From positions 1 to 51,825 of IMG/VR virus record IMGVR_UViG_3300043161_000008: a stretch of DNA of 51,825 nt. The stretch is one strand, 5' to 3'. The notes beneath the pieces are model-generated. The model saw only the letters and a program-made list of their open reading frames with translations, made no database searches and was not told where the DNA came from. Position numbers and translations under genes: made by a program. Of this stretch, positions 36,152-44,316 are shown piece after piece. The DNA comes from a virus. Lineage: Duplodnaviria > Caudoviricetes. How positions within the stretch are numbered: the stretch's first letter is position 1; each line of letters starts with the position of its first letter.

Positions 36152-36956
36152 CCACCAAAGCAACCAATATACGAAACTCTGCTGCATGGGCTCCCCCGGC
36201 ACAGGTAAAACCGGTGCCCTTACCTCTCTCGTCGGCGCAGGATACAAACTCCGCATCCTCGATTTCGACAACGGCCTTGAGTCCCTCAAGAACTTCATCT
36301 ACAAAGACTGCCCAGACCAGATCGGTAATGTCGAATACCTCACCCTTCGCGATCGGCGCAAAGCCTCCGCCATCGGCCCTCAAGTCATCGGCCAGCCCAA
36401 GGCCTTCATCACCGCCCTCAAAATGCTCGACCGATGGAAGTACGACGACGTTGATCTCGGCCCTCCCTCGGAGTGGGGACCTGAGTGCATCCTCGTCCTC
36501 GACACCCTCACCTTCTTGTCCGATGCCGCATACCTCTTCTACGATAGCATGTCCACCAACCCTGACAAACGCTCCGTCTATGGCGATGCCCAAAAGGGCA
36601 TCCTCGCTATGCTCGGTCAGATGTACTCCGACCATTTCGAGACGAACGTCATCGTCAACTCCCATATCGTCTTTCAAGAAACCGATGAGGGCAAGACCAA
36701 GGGCTTCCCAGCCTCGATCGGCTCGGCCATCAACTCCAAGATCAACGCTTACTTCAACACCGTTGCCCTTTTCGAAACCAAAGCAGGAGGCGCTCGCACG
36801 ATCAAAACCGTTCCCACCGCTATCATCGATCTCAAAAACCCCAAACCCTTCGACATGGCAAAGGAGTATCCCATTGAAACAGGCCTAGCATCCATCTTTG
36901 AAGTCCTTCGAGCGAAACCAGAAACCAAAGTCACACCCATCAAACGGAAAGCATAA
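36135..36956 (+). CDS. Sak4-like (AAA_24) P-loop ATPase
   Basis: 'GSPGTGKT', 'ILDFDNG', 'LVLDTLT', 'VIVNSH'; between a Cas4-like nuclease and an SSB-like gene. Confidence 0.75.
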   Translation: MPNLSDHQSNQYTKLCCMGSPGTGKTGALTSLVGAGYKLRILDFDNGLESLKNFIYKDCPDQIGNVEYLTLRDRRKASAIGPQVIGQPKAFITALKMLDRWKYDDVDLGPPSEWGPECILVLDTLTFLSDAAYLFYDSMSTNPDKRSVYGDAQKGILAMLGQMYSDHFETNVIVNSHIVFQETDEGKTKGFPASIGSAINSKINAYFNTVALFETKAGGARTIKTVPTAIIDLKNPKPFDMAKEYPIETGLASIFEVLRAKPETKVTPIKRKA

Positions 36957-36959
36957 TAC

Positions 36960-37469
36960 ATGGCAAAAGCTACAACAGCAACCGCTCCCGCACCCCGTAC
37001 CAGCGCAAGCTCATTCTCCGACATCCTTAAAACCAAAGCCTCCGATGTCGAACGCCCTGCCGCGATGCCAGTCGGCGATTACGTCGTCGTCGTAACCGGC
37101 CAACCCAGGCAGGATAAGTCGGCCAAGAAGCAAACGCCCTTCGTTGAGTTCACTTACAAAGTCCTCGAAGCGATGGACTCCGTGGACACCGACCAACTCG
37201 ACGAGTGGCTGACGAACAAGAAAGGTGAGAAGAAGAAACTGTCCGAGGTCACGATCAAGGACACCTACTATCTCACCGAGAACTCCCTCTGGCGTCTCAC
37301 CGATATGCTCAAGGCCGCAGGTCTTGACACCGAGAGTGACATGTCCCTGGGCCAGTTGATCGAAGAAGCCCCAGGCAACCAGCTTATCGTCACCATGCGA
37401 CACGAGTCGTTCCAAGACGGAACGGGCGTGAGCGCGAAGGTCGGTGGCGTAGCGGCGGTGGAGGAGTAA
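36960..37469 (+). CDS. Putative single-stranded DNA-binding protein (DUF669-like)
   Basis: 'P.GDY.VVV...KS.KK.TPFVEF.YKV...YYLTENSLWRL..ML.A.G'; usual Sak4 partner. Confidence 0.6.
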   Translation: MAKATTATAPAPRTSASSFSDILKTKASDVERPAAMPVGDYVVVVTGQPRQDKSAKKQTPFVEFTYKVLEAMDSVDTDQLDEWLTNKKGEKKKLSEVTIKDTYYLTENSLWRLTDMLKAAGLDTESDMSLGQLIEEAPGNQLIVTMRHESFQDGTGVSAKVGGVAAVEE

Positions 37470-37471
37470 CC

Positions 37472-37837
37472 ATGAAGTGCCCCGGGACTTTACAATGCCC
37501 CAAGTGCCGTATGCCTTGGAATGTTTGTCCCGGGGCATCTAACCATTGTAATCATATGGGAGTATGCCCTATGGACTTGTCCACCCGCGACCCACTCCTC
37601 GTCGAACGTGAAAAGACGCATGGATCGTTCGCCTTGACAGCAATCATAGCTCAAGACTTAAAATCAATCCTCGGCACGGGTCGATGGGGTGAGCTACCAA
37701 AGGCCCAACGCGAAGCTCTTGAAATGATTTGCACTAAAATAGCCCGCATCATCTCTGGAGGTGGTAAGCACAAAGACCATTTCGACGACATCGCCGGCTA
37801 TGCCAAGCTCGGGAGCGAAGCATGCGTAGAGTCTTAA
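37472..37837 (+). CDS. DUF6378-like protein
   Basis: 'ER.KTHG.F...EALEMI..KIARI.SG.....D.F.DIAGYAKL'. Confidence 0.65.
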   Translation: MKCPGTLQCPKCRMPWNVCPGASNHCNHMGVCPMDLSTRDPLLVEREKTHGSFALTAIIAQDLKSILGTGRWGELPKAQREALEMICTKIARIISGGGKHKDHFDDIAGYAKLGSEACVES

Positions 37838-38133
37838 AACAGTGGGGTGATGACAATACAAATTGGAAAGGAGGTACTTCTAGATCGACTGTCAGACGAA
37901 GGGTAAGAGAGTCTTTAGAAGCAGCAGGTAGAGATTTATATACCTGTGAGAGGTGTCATGGACACTACACAACAGAGTTACCAAGACACCACAAAGATAG
38001 GGACCGATCAAACAACGACGCTTCGAATATAGAGGTGCTTTGTTGGACTTGCCACAACCTCGAACATATGCATGAAGCCAAGAGAGATAAGAATGGCCAG
38101 TTCCTGCCGAAACCAAATAGCATTAGTCGGTGA
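37822..38133 (+). CDS. HNH endonuclease
   Basis: 'NWKGG', CERC, 'HHKDRDRSNN..SNIEVLC.TCH..EH'; AT-rich; overlaps both neighbours. Confidence 0.85.
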   Translation: MRRVLKQWGDDNTNWKGGTSRSTVRRRVRESLEAAGRDLYTCERCHGHYTTELPRHHKDRDRSNNDASNIEVLCWTCHNLEHMHEAKRDKNGQFLPKPNSISR

Positions 38134-39124
38134 AAGTTGGGGCGAAGCCGAAGAGAAAGCCTGCTCGCCCTTCGTCGGCTATTCAGGGCAAGAATTAACG
38201 CGTATGTTAGACGACGCGGGTATACACAGGGCAGACTGCCATCTCACCAACGTTTTCAACCTCCATCCCCCCGGCAACCAAGTGGAGTTCTTCTGTGGGA
38301 CAAAAGCCGAAGGCATCGACGGGTATCCAGCACTCGTTAAGAGCAAGTACGTCAGAACCGAGTTCATCCCAGAACTCGAACGACTTGGATCGGAGCTACT
38401 TGAGGCCGATCCAAACATCATTATCGCCCTTGGAAATACAGCGTCTTGGGCGTTACTTGGCCGCACAGCGATTTCAAAGTACCGAGGCACTACTGAACTT
38501 TCTACTCATACCGCGACGGGATACAAAGTCCTCCCCACCTATCACCCCGCTGCTGTCTGCCGCCAATGGGAACTCCGACCAACAACCGTAATGGACCTCA
38601 TGAAGGCCGCTCGCGAGTCCGCCTTCCCCGAAATCCGCCACCCCGCTGTCTCCGTCCATATCCCAGAAACCATCTCCGACCTTGAGGACTTCTATGCCCT
38701 ACACATCCGCAGCTGCGCATCGCTGGCTGTTGACATTGAAACAGCTGGCACACAGATCACCTGCATTGGGTTCGCACCTTCAACCGGAGATGCTCTCGTT
38801 ATTCCAATCTTTGACCGAAGAAGAAAGAACCGAAGCTATTGGCCTGATCAGCGAAGCGAGGGACAAGCTTGGGGCTTTATACGCAAGCTACTCTTGGATA
38901 GAGCTATCCCTAAAACCTTCCAAAACGGCCTCTACGACATCGCGTTCCTCTGGCGGTCCTACGGCCTAAAGGTAATGAACGCCGAACACGACACCATGCT
39001 TCTCCACCACGCGCTCCAGCCCGAGTCGCTCAAGGGCCTTGGCTACCTCGGTTCGATCTACACCGACCACGGCGCCTGGAAGCAAATGCGCGAGAAGGTT
39101 ACTACAATTAAGAGGGACGAATGA
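38093..39124 (+). CDS. Uracil-DNA glycosylase-like domain fused to ExoI/ExoII of a 3'-5' exonuclease (N-terminal half of a split PolA)
   Basis: UDG family-4-like 'VGESWG..E.....PFVG.SG', 'TNV...HPPGN', 'ALGNTA', 'TYHPAA'; then 'VDIET', 'QNGLYDI', 'DTMLLHH'. Confidence 0.85.
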   Translation: MASSCRNQIALVGESWGEAEEKACSPFVGYSGQELTRMLDDAGIHRADCHLTNVFNLHPPGNQVEFFCGTKAEGIDGYPALVKSKYVRTEFIPELERLGSELLEADPNIIIALGNTASWALLGRTAISKYRGTTELSTHTATGYKVLPTYHPAAVCRQWELRPTTVMDLMKAARESAFPEIRHPAVSVHIPETISDLEDFYALHIRSCASLAVDIETAGTQITCIGFAPSTGDALVIPIFDRRRKNRSYWPDQRSEGQAWGFIRKLLLDRAIPKTFQNGLYDIAFLWRSYGLKVMNAEHDTMLLHHALQPESLKGLGYLGSIYTDHGAWKQMREKVTTIKRDE

Positions 39125-39414
39125 AAGTCCAGATTTCACCAAGGCTTCATATTCATAGAGGCGCTGAGGTTGAAATTGGAAATGTTTATTCCAATGATCA
39201 TTCCAGATACTTTCGTATTGTCATCGCCATCGTGACTAGGCGCAATAGTAGAGTGCCTTAGAATAACGTAGTTTGTATTCATATAGATGCTACTGGTGAG
39301 ATAGTGGGGTCGTCTAATCAGCCAATCAGGTATATGAGTGAACACCAAGACCTTATTGGAAAGGTTAACGAGATGCCAAGCATGAAGATTGAATGGTTTA
39401 GAGAGGATGAATGA
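39121..39414 (+). pseudogene. 97-codon ORF interrupted by an in-frame TAG at 39259-39261
   Basis: ATGA overlap with both polymerase halves; frame open on both sides of the single amber (...SRVP*NNVVC...). Confidence 0.6.
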
Positions 39415-40907
39415 AGATCATCCACACAGACTTGGTAGGCCCAGACGATTTGTCAGGCCAAGAAAAAGAGTGGGCATATAATGGTCTCGACTGCGTCATC
39501 ACGCGAGAGGTTTTAGATGTCCTCTATCCTCAACTCGATAATCAAACGTCGGGGACTTATTCCTTCTCCCGCGATCTCCAAGCCCCCATCCTCGAAATGC
39601 GCTGCCGTGGCGTTCTCATTGACCAAGCCCGTCGTGCGGAGGTCATCGACGAATACTTCACCAAGCTTGACCAACTCGAAGAGCAGCTTAATCGCATCGT
39701 TGGCCACGGCCTTGGACTCTGGCAGTTTAACTGGCGATCGAATAAGGATTTACATCTCCTTTTCTACGATCACCTTGGTCTTCCACCCATCCGACGAGGT
39801 GGAAGACCTACGGTCAATCGCGAGGCTCTTGAGAAACTGGAGAGCTATTTCTCTGCGAGATTGATCGTCGCGCATATGCTGGTCATGCGCGATATGAAGA
39901 AGAAAATTGAAATGTTAAAGACGGAGATAGACCCCGATGGACGAATGCGAACTTCATACAACATTGCAGGAACTTCAACGGGTCGTCTTAGCTCTAGTCT
40001 CTCAGAGTTCGGAACCGGAGGCAACTTTCAGAATATTGAAGAGTCTCTGCGAAGCGTCTTTATCTCCGATCCTGGATATAAGTTTGGCAACTTCGATGGG
40101 GCACAAATCCAAAGCCGAGTAGTAGGGGCGGTGGAATGGAACTTATTCGATAACGGTGCCTATCTTGACGCCTGTGAAACGGGCGACTTACACACTATTG
40201 TTGCTAAGCTCTGTTGGCCTGACCTTCCTTGGACAGGGAATTTGAAAAAGGATAAGGCAATTGCTGAGCAAATTTTCTACCGCCATTACACTCATCGCTT
40301 CATGTGCAAGAAGCTGGGGCACGGTTCAAACTTTGATGGTAAGGCAGGAGAGTTATCCAGCCAAACCAAAATCGATAAAATGCTCGTTGAAGAGTTCCAA
40401 GCTAAATACTTCAAGGCCTTCCCAGCCCATACGACATGGAAGGAGTGGACAACGGATGAGTTAAAGGAATTTGGTTTCATCGTAAACTTAACAGGGCGCA
40501 AGCGATGGTTCTTTGGCCGCCGCAATGATCCTGAGACTACTAGACAAGCCCTTGCCTACGAAGGCCAGGCATCCGAAGCCCATATAGTCAACTCTGGAAT
40601 AATAAATATCTGGAAGCATCGAGATGTTATCCTTCTAATGCAAGGGCACGACTCTGTCTTAGTTCAGTACCCCGAAAAGCAAGAAGCCGAAGTCATCCCC
40701 AAGGTAAAAGAGCAACTACGTTATCCAATCGAGTTAGAACACGGCCGTCAATTCATTGTCCCTTTCGATTGCAAGACGGGATGGAACTTCGGCAACTGGA
40801 GCGAAGGAAACCCTGATGGCCTTAAGGAGTGGGAAGGTTCTGACCAACGGAAGCGCACGCCGCCGGTTGCGATCCTGGATCGAAGCCTTCGTAAGTCACA
40901 CCGATAA
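39411..40907 (+). CDS. polA: Family A DNA polymerase, ExoIII plus polymerase domain
   Basis: 'YNGLD' ExoIII, 'TSTGRLSS', 'NFQNI', motif A 'DGAQIQSR', motif B 'RFMCKKLGHGSNF', motif C 'GHDS'. Confidence 0.9.
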   Translation: MKIIHTDLVGPDDLSGQEKEWAYNGLDCVITREVLDVLYPQLDNQTSGTYSFSRDLQAPILEMRCRGVLIDQARRAEVIDEYFTKLDQLEEQLNRIVGHGLGLWQFNWRSNKDLHLLFYDHLGLPPIRRGGRPTVNREALEKLESYFSARLIVAHMLVMRDMKKKIEMLKTEIDPDGRMRTSYNIAGTSTGRLSSSLSEFGTGGNFQNIEESLRSVFISDPGYKFGNFDGAQIQSRVVGAVEWNLFDNGAYLDACETGDLHTIVAKLCWPDLPWTGNLKKDKAIAEQIFYRHYTHRFMCKKLGHGSNFDGKAGELSSQTKIDKMLVEEFQAKYFKAFPAHTTWKEWTTDELKEFGFIVNLTGRKRWFFGRRNDPETTRQALAYEGQASEAHIVNSGIINIWKHRDVILLMQGHDSVLVQYPEKQEAEVIPKVKEQLRYPIELEHGRQFIVPFDCKTGWNFGNWSEGNPDGLKEWEGSDQRKRTPPVAILDRSLRKSHR

Positions 40908-42021
40908 TCTCGGATCATCGGAGCTCTTTCGAAGATGGACAGCAATCAGCACGATAGCAGGGGTGCTAGAGCAAAAGGTTTGGCTGACCACAACCGACCA
41001 AATCTTCCCAAACCTGTATACAATCTTGGTAGCGCCTCCTGGCATTGGAAAGACGCGTACCATTATGTCGGCCCGGAAATTCTTGGCCGAATTACCCGAC
41101 TTCTGTATCGCACCTACTTCGATGACGATGGCAAGCCTTGTGGATTTTCTGTCAAGGTCTTCGAAGAAGCATGTTTTGCCGAAGGGGAAAGGGATATTAG
41201 ACTACCACACCGCGATGATGATAATGGACGAGTGGAGCGCGTTCATGAGCGAATATTCCCATGATATCATTGGAGGGTTGACGACTTTTTACGATGTGAC
41301 CGTACCGTACCGCGAAACAAGAATAACAAAGTCACGTGACACCACCATCGAACGCCCCCAACTTAACATGCTCGCCGGCTCGACCCCTTCGAACCTGATG
41401 AAATTTATGCCAGAGTTCGCGTGGGATCAAGGGTTTACTTCAAGAATTATTCTGGTTTATTCCGATGAACAAAGGCTCACTGATGACTTTGCTGAAATAC
41501 AGCGCGTTCCTAATCCTGATCTTGTCCACGACCTCACCTCCATCTATGGCATCATTGGGGAATTCACCACCACCAAAGAGTGGGAAGAACTTGTCATGGA
41601 ATGGCGCCGAGGAGGAGAGGGGACGAAGCCCTCCCACCCGAAACTTGTGCACTATAATAGCCGTCGTAAGGTGCACCTTTACAAGCTATCAATGATTGCG
41701 GCGATCGACAAGGGCGATGAACTCGTCCTGACCCCCGATTGCTTCACCACCGCCTTGGCGTGGCTCGAAGAGGCGGAAATCAACATGCCCCTCCTCTTCT
41801 CTGCTGGCTCGACCACCCTCGACGGGCGGGCGATGGAAGAGATAGTCGATTTCATCCGCCGAGCGGGGAAGCCGGTGCCTCAATACCGCGTGATCCACTT
41901 CGCCTGTGGGTTGGTTCCCAACCACTCCGTGATTAGGGTTTTGCAATTGATGGAACTCTCCGGCCAGATCGAAGAGGCTGGCGAAGCGAATGGTCAAAAG
42001 CTGTACGCTATCAGCGGCTAG
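40756..42021 (+). CDS. P-loop NTPase, DUF3987-like putative replicative helicase (true start uncertain)
   Basis: 'PNLY.ILVAPPGIGKT', 'IMDEW', 'LAGSTP', 'GFTSR'. Confidence 0.7.
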   Translation: MSLSIARRDGTSATGAKETLMALRSGKVLTNGSARRRLRSWIEAFVSHTDNLGSSELFRRWTAISTIAGVLEQKVWLTTTDQIFPNLYTILVAPPGIGKTRTIMSARKFLAELPDFCIAPTSMTMASLVDFLSRSSKKHVLPKGKGILDYHTAMMIMDEWSAFMSEYSHDIIGGLTTFYDVTVPYRETRITKSRDTTIERPQLNMLAGSTPSNLMKFMPEFAWDQGFTSRIILVYSDEQRLTDDFAEIQRVPNPDLVHDLTSIYGIIGEFTTTKEWEELVMEWRRGGEGTKPSHPKLVHYNSRRKVHLYKLSMIAAIDKGDELVLTPDCFTTALAWLEEAEINMPLLFSAGSTTLDGRAMEEIVDFIRRAGKPVPQYRVIHFACGLVPNHSVIRVLQLMELSGQIEEAGEANGQKLYAISG

Positions 42022-42176
42022 CGCAGCAAATGCTCCACCGACCCAAAGATCAACGACGCCAGATAGAACGCAATCGCCAACCAACCGAAATGCCACCGGC
42101 CATAAACCGGCCCTGGCACGAAGCTGGCGATACAGGCGAACACAAACGCGAAGACGAGTAGGACTGTTCCTAACAT
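42018..42176 (-). CDS. 52-aa two-TM membrane protein (not in ORF track)
   Basis: MLGTVLLVFAFVFACIASFVPGPVYGRWHFGWLAIAFYLASLIFGSVEHLLR; GAGGAG upstream. Confidence 0.55.
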   Translation of the reverse strand: MLGTVLLVFAFVFACIASFVPGPVYGRWHFGWLAIAFYLASLIFGSVEHLLR

Positions 42177-42458
42177 TTACTTCTTCTCCTCTGTTACCGA
42201 TTTCGCTCCTGCCTCAAACAATGCCTTATCCCTGGCCGCCTGCGCTAAGCCCTCTGTGACCCCCGCCGCGTGAGAGGCCTCGCCAGTAGCTTTAACCAGC
42301 GCATCTTTCATTGAGTTCGTTGCCTTCTCAATTACCGCAACATCAGCACGCGTCGCTATTACATTTTGATGCGTTCGATATGCTAAGAACGCGGTTATTA
42401 AATTGAATAATGCTATCAATCCTAAAATCACACCGTTGATGTCGATGTTTGCGACCAT
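42177..42458 (-). CDS. Single-TM protein (lysis accessory candidate)
   Basis: N-terminal TM followed by a helical tail. Confidence 0.55.
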   Translation of the reverse strand: MVANIDINGVILGLIALFNLITAFLAYRTHQNVIATRADVAVIEKATNSMKDALVKATGEASHAAGVTEGLAQAARDKALFEAGAKSVTEEKK

Positions 42459-42475
42459 CCTTATCCCCCGTTTGT

Positions 42476-42502
42476 TAAAAAGTCCGGCGCATTTGCGCGC
42501 CG
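42476..42502 (-). terminator. Intrinsic terminator after the OMP gene
   Basis: Minus strand CGGCGC-gcaaat-GCGCCG-gac-TTTTT. Confidence 0.55.
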
Positions 42503-42545
42503 TAGTTGCCCTGGCTTGGCGTCAACTCCGGCCAGGGAGGGAGGT

Positions 42546-43247
42546 TTAATACTTAAAGCTTACCCCAACCTTAAGCCGCTGCCCAAGCTTCGGGCACATG
42601 CCGGCCCCGATGCACTGGGCGTTGCTCTGGAGTTCGTAGCCGGCGTAGGTGTCGGCTACGATCGGGGTGCCATTGGCGAGCTTAACCGGGATCAACAACC
42701 CAGTACCGATCTCAGGCGAGATGAGCCAGCTACGGCCGGAGTGGAGGCCGAACTGGCTGGAGATATCATCTTCGTTCACCGCCCCGTAGACGTAGTTGAC
42801 CGGAGTTCCCGCAGTTGCACCGGGCGGGAGTAGCGGCCCGATCGGCTGCGTGGTCAAGGTGTTAAGGCTGGTGAAACCAAGGTTTGGCAGGAGTTGCAAG
42901 AGCGGGGTTTGGAAACCCGCTCGTTGTTCGATATGCGCCGGGCCTGAGAGTGAGAACCCCGCGTTCCCCGCGTTGAGGTTTTGGAAGTCAACAATATTCT
43001 CCGCGAAGAACGGGAAGCTCCCAATCGGACAGGCGTAGCCGACGAGGATACCAATATCCCCGCCGACGAGAGTGGTTCCAGGAGGTGCATTTGGCACCAC
43101 CCCCGCTCCACCTTCGGCGTTGATGCCGTAGTAAAGCCCGCACTTGACAGTCGGGTAAGGGCCCGAGACTGCCTTTAACGGTAAGTCCGCTGCCATGGCC
43201 ATCCCCGACCATGCCAACATAGTTGAAGCAAGAAGTAACTTCTTCAT
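42546..43247 (-). CDS. Outer-membrane beta-barrel-like protein (Omp25/RopB-like)
   Basis: Signal MKKLLLASTMLAWSGMAMA|ADLPLKA, 'GLYYGINAEGG', C-terminal 'KVGVSFKY' beta-signal. Confidence 0.7.
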   Translation of the reverse strand: MKKLLLASTMLAWSGMAMAADLPLKAVSGPYPTVKCGLYYGINAEGGAGVVPNAPPGTTLVGGDIGILVGYACPIGSFPFFAENIVDFQNLNAGNAGFSLSGPAHIEQRAGFQTPLLQLLPNLGFTSLNTLTTQPIGPLLPPGATAGTPVNYVYGAVNEDDISSQFGLHSGRSWLISPEIGTGLLIPVKLANGTPIVADTYAGYELQSNAQCIGAGMCPKLGQRLKVGVSFKY

Positions 43248-43248
43248 C

Positions 43249-43452
43249 TTAAGTCCCCTGTGCTGTTAGCATTTTCGCTACCACCTCCACCGTAGCGATG
43301 GCGTCTTTGACCTCAGGGTCCTTTTCAATCGCCTCGATGAGAGAGATCGCTTGAGGAGTCCTGGGGTCATTCATGTATTTCTTGATAACTGCAACGGCCG
43401 CTTCGATATGCGGGAGTTCCGGTTCGAGCTTCATCATGTCGAAGAAGTTCAT
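43249..43452 (-). CDS. Hypothetical protein
   Basis: Coupled ORF in the lysis region. Confidence 0.55.
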   Translation of the reverse strand: MNFFDMMKLEPELPHIEAAVAVIKKYMNDPRTPQAISLIEAIEKDPEVKDAIATVEVVAKMLTAQGT

Positions 43453-43751
43453 GGCTTTGCCACTACCTTGTCAGAGGGTGCCGCATCAGCAATCGGCTTG
43501 GTAGCGATGATTTGCTTCACATCAGGCAACGACGCCGCAGCGTCGATCCGATTTTGAGTAGTCATACCGTAACCGCTTAGGATAGTGGTAAAGCCGGTAC
43601 CAAGGAAGGCGATAAAGCCGGCGTATGCTAAGGCCGCTGGTATCCACCCATCTGGGATCATATGCGTGAGATGCACAGTCCCTTGACTGATACCGACGCA
43701 GACAAAGACCACCAGCTGAATGATAAATCTCGTTTTAGGGCTAAAGCTCAC
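43449..43751 (-). CDS. Putative holin
   Basis: Two TM segments, about 100 aa, directly after the endolysin. Confidence 0.55.
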   Translation of the reverse strand: MSFSPKTRFIIQLVVFVCVGISQGTVHLTHMIPDGWIPAALAYAGFIAFLGTGFTTILSGYGMTTQNRIDAAASLPDVKQIIATKPIADAAPSDKVVAKP

Positions 43752-44314
43752 GTCGTTGCTCCTTGTGTTGGGATCATTGTCAGGGCGGCCGCCCCAATCC
43801 GTTGCGTACGCGCTGTCCAGTCCTTACCAAAGAACTTAAACCCAGCAAGGGCTTGGTAATAAGCGAGCCGATAAGAGGTGAAAGACTTGTTAACTGCGGC
43901 CATGTTTTCAGGCTTAAGACCTTGTACAGCATTCATCGTGAGCGGGCCCCAAGCTCCATCTGAGGTAATGATTAACGCTCGCTGGAGAATTCGAGTAGCG
44001 GCCACAGGACCGGCATTAACAGCCTCATCAAAGAACTGTAAGTCAAGCCCTGGAGGGAGAGTTGGACAATGAGGAAGCCAGTAGCCGTTGTAGTAAATGT
44101 CATGGCCTTCATCTTTCGTGAGAAGCTTCACCGACTGGATCGGTTCCCCCTGCCGTTGCCGATAGCGGTTGTATTCACTTTGAATAATCCCGCACATCGT
44201 CGCCCCACCGGGATCGTTAGGATCGTTGGAGAAGTTGCGCGGGTTACTCCAATCTTCAGGATGAGGACACTCTTCGATCAACGTGTGTGGCCAACAAAGA
44301 TCAAATCTATCCAT
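43748..44314 (-). CDS. Endolysin, glycoside hydrolase family 108 with PG-binding region
   Basis: 'E...NDPNDPGGATMCGI', 'IYY..YW', 'FD.AVNAG...A..LQRAL....DG.WGP.T', 'F.FFGKDW..R'; GGAGG RBS before MDRF. Confidence 0.85.
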   Translation of the reverse strand: MDRFDLCWPHTLIEECPHPEDWSNPRNFSNDPNDPGGATMCGIIQSEYNRYRQRQGEPIQSVKLLTKDEGHDIYYNGYWLPHCPTLPPGLDLQFFDEAVNAGPVAATRILQRALIITSDGAWGPLTMNAVQGLKPENMAAVNKSFTSYRLAYYQALAGFKFFGKDWTARTQRIGAAALTMIPTQGATT

Positions 44315-44316
44315 TC

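Noticed and set aside
29233-37538. Long antisense and alternate-frame ORFs (e.g. 29233..29766, 35281..35895, 36099..36677, 37011..37538)
   Set aside because: Shadow ORFs expected from biased high-GC codon usage opposite well-supported genes
39121-39414. Genome-wide TAG recoding or a self-splicing intron
   Set aside because: Other genes end normally at TAG, no tRNA was seen, and no recognisable intron structure was found
23400-42021. Integrase/repressor lysogeny module or phage RNA polymerase
   Set aside because: No tyrosine or serine recombinase or T7-type RNAP motifs recognised; lifestyle remains undetermined
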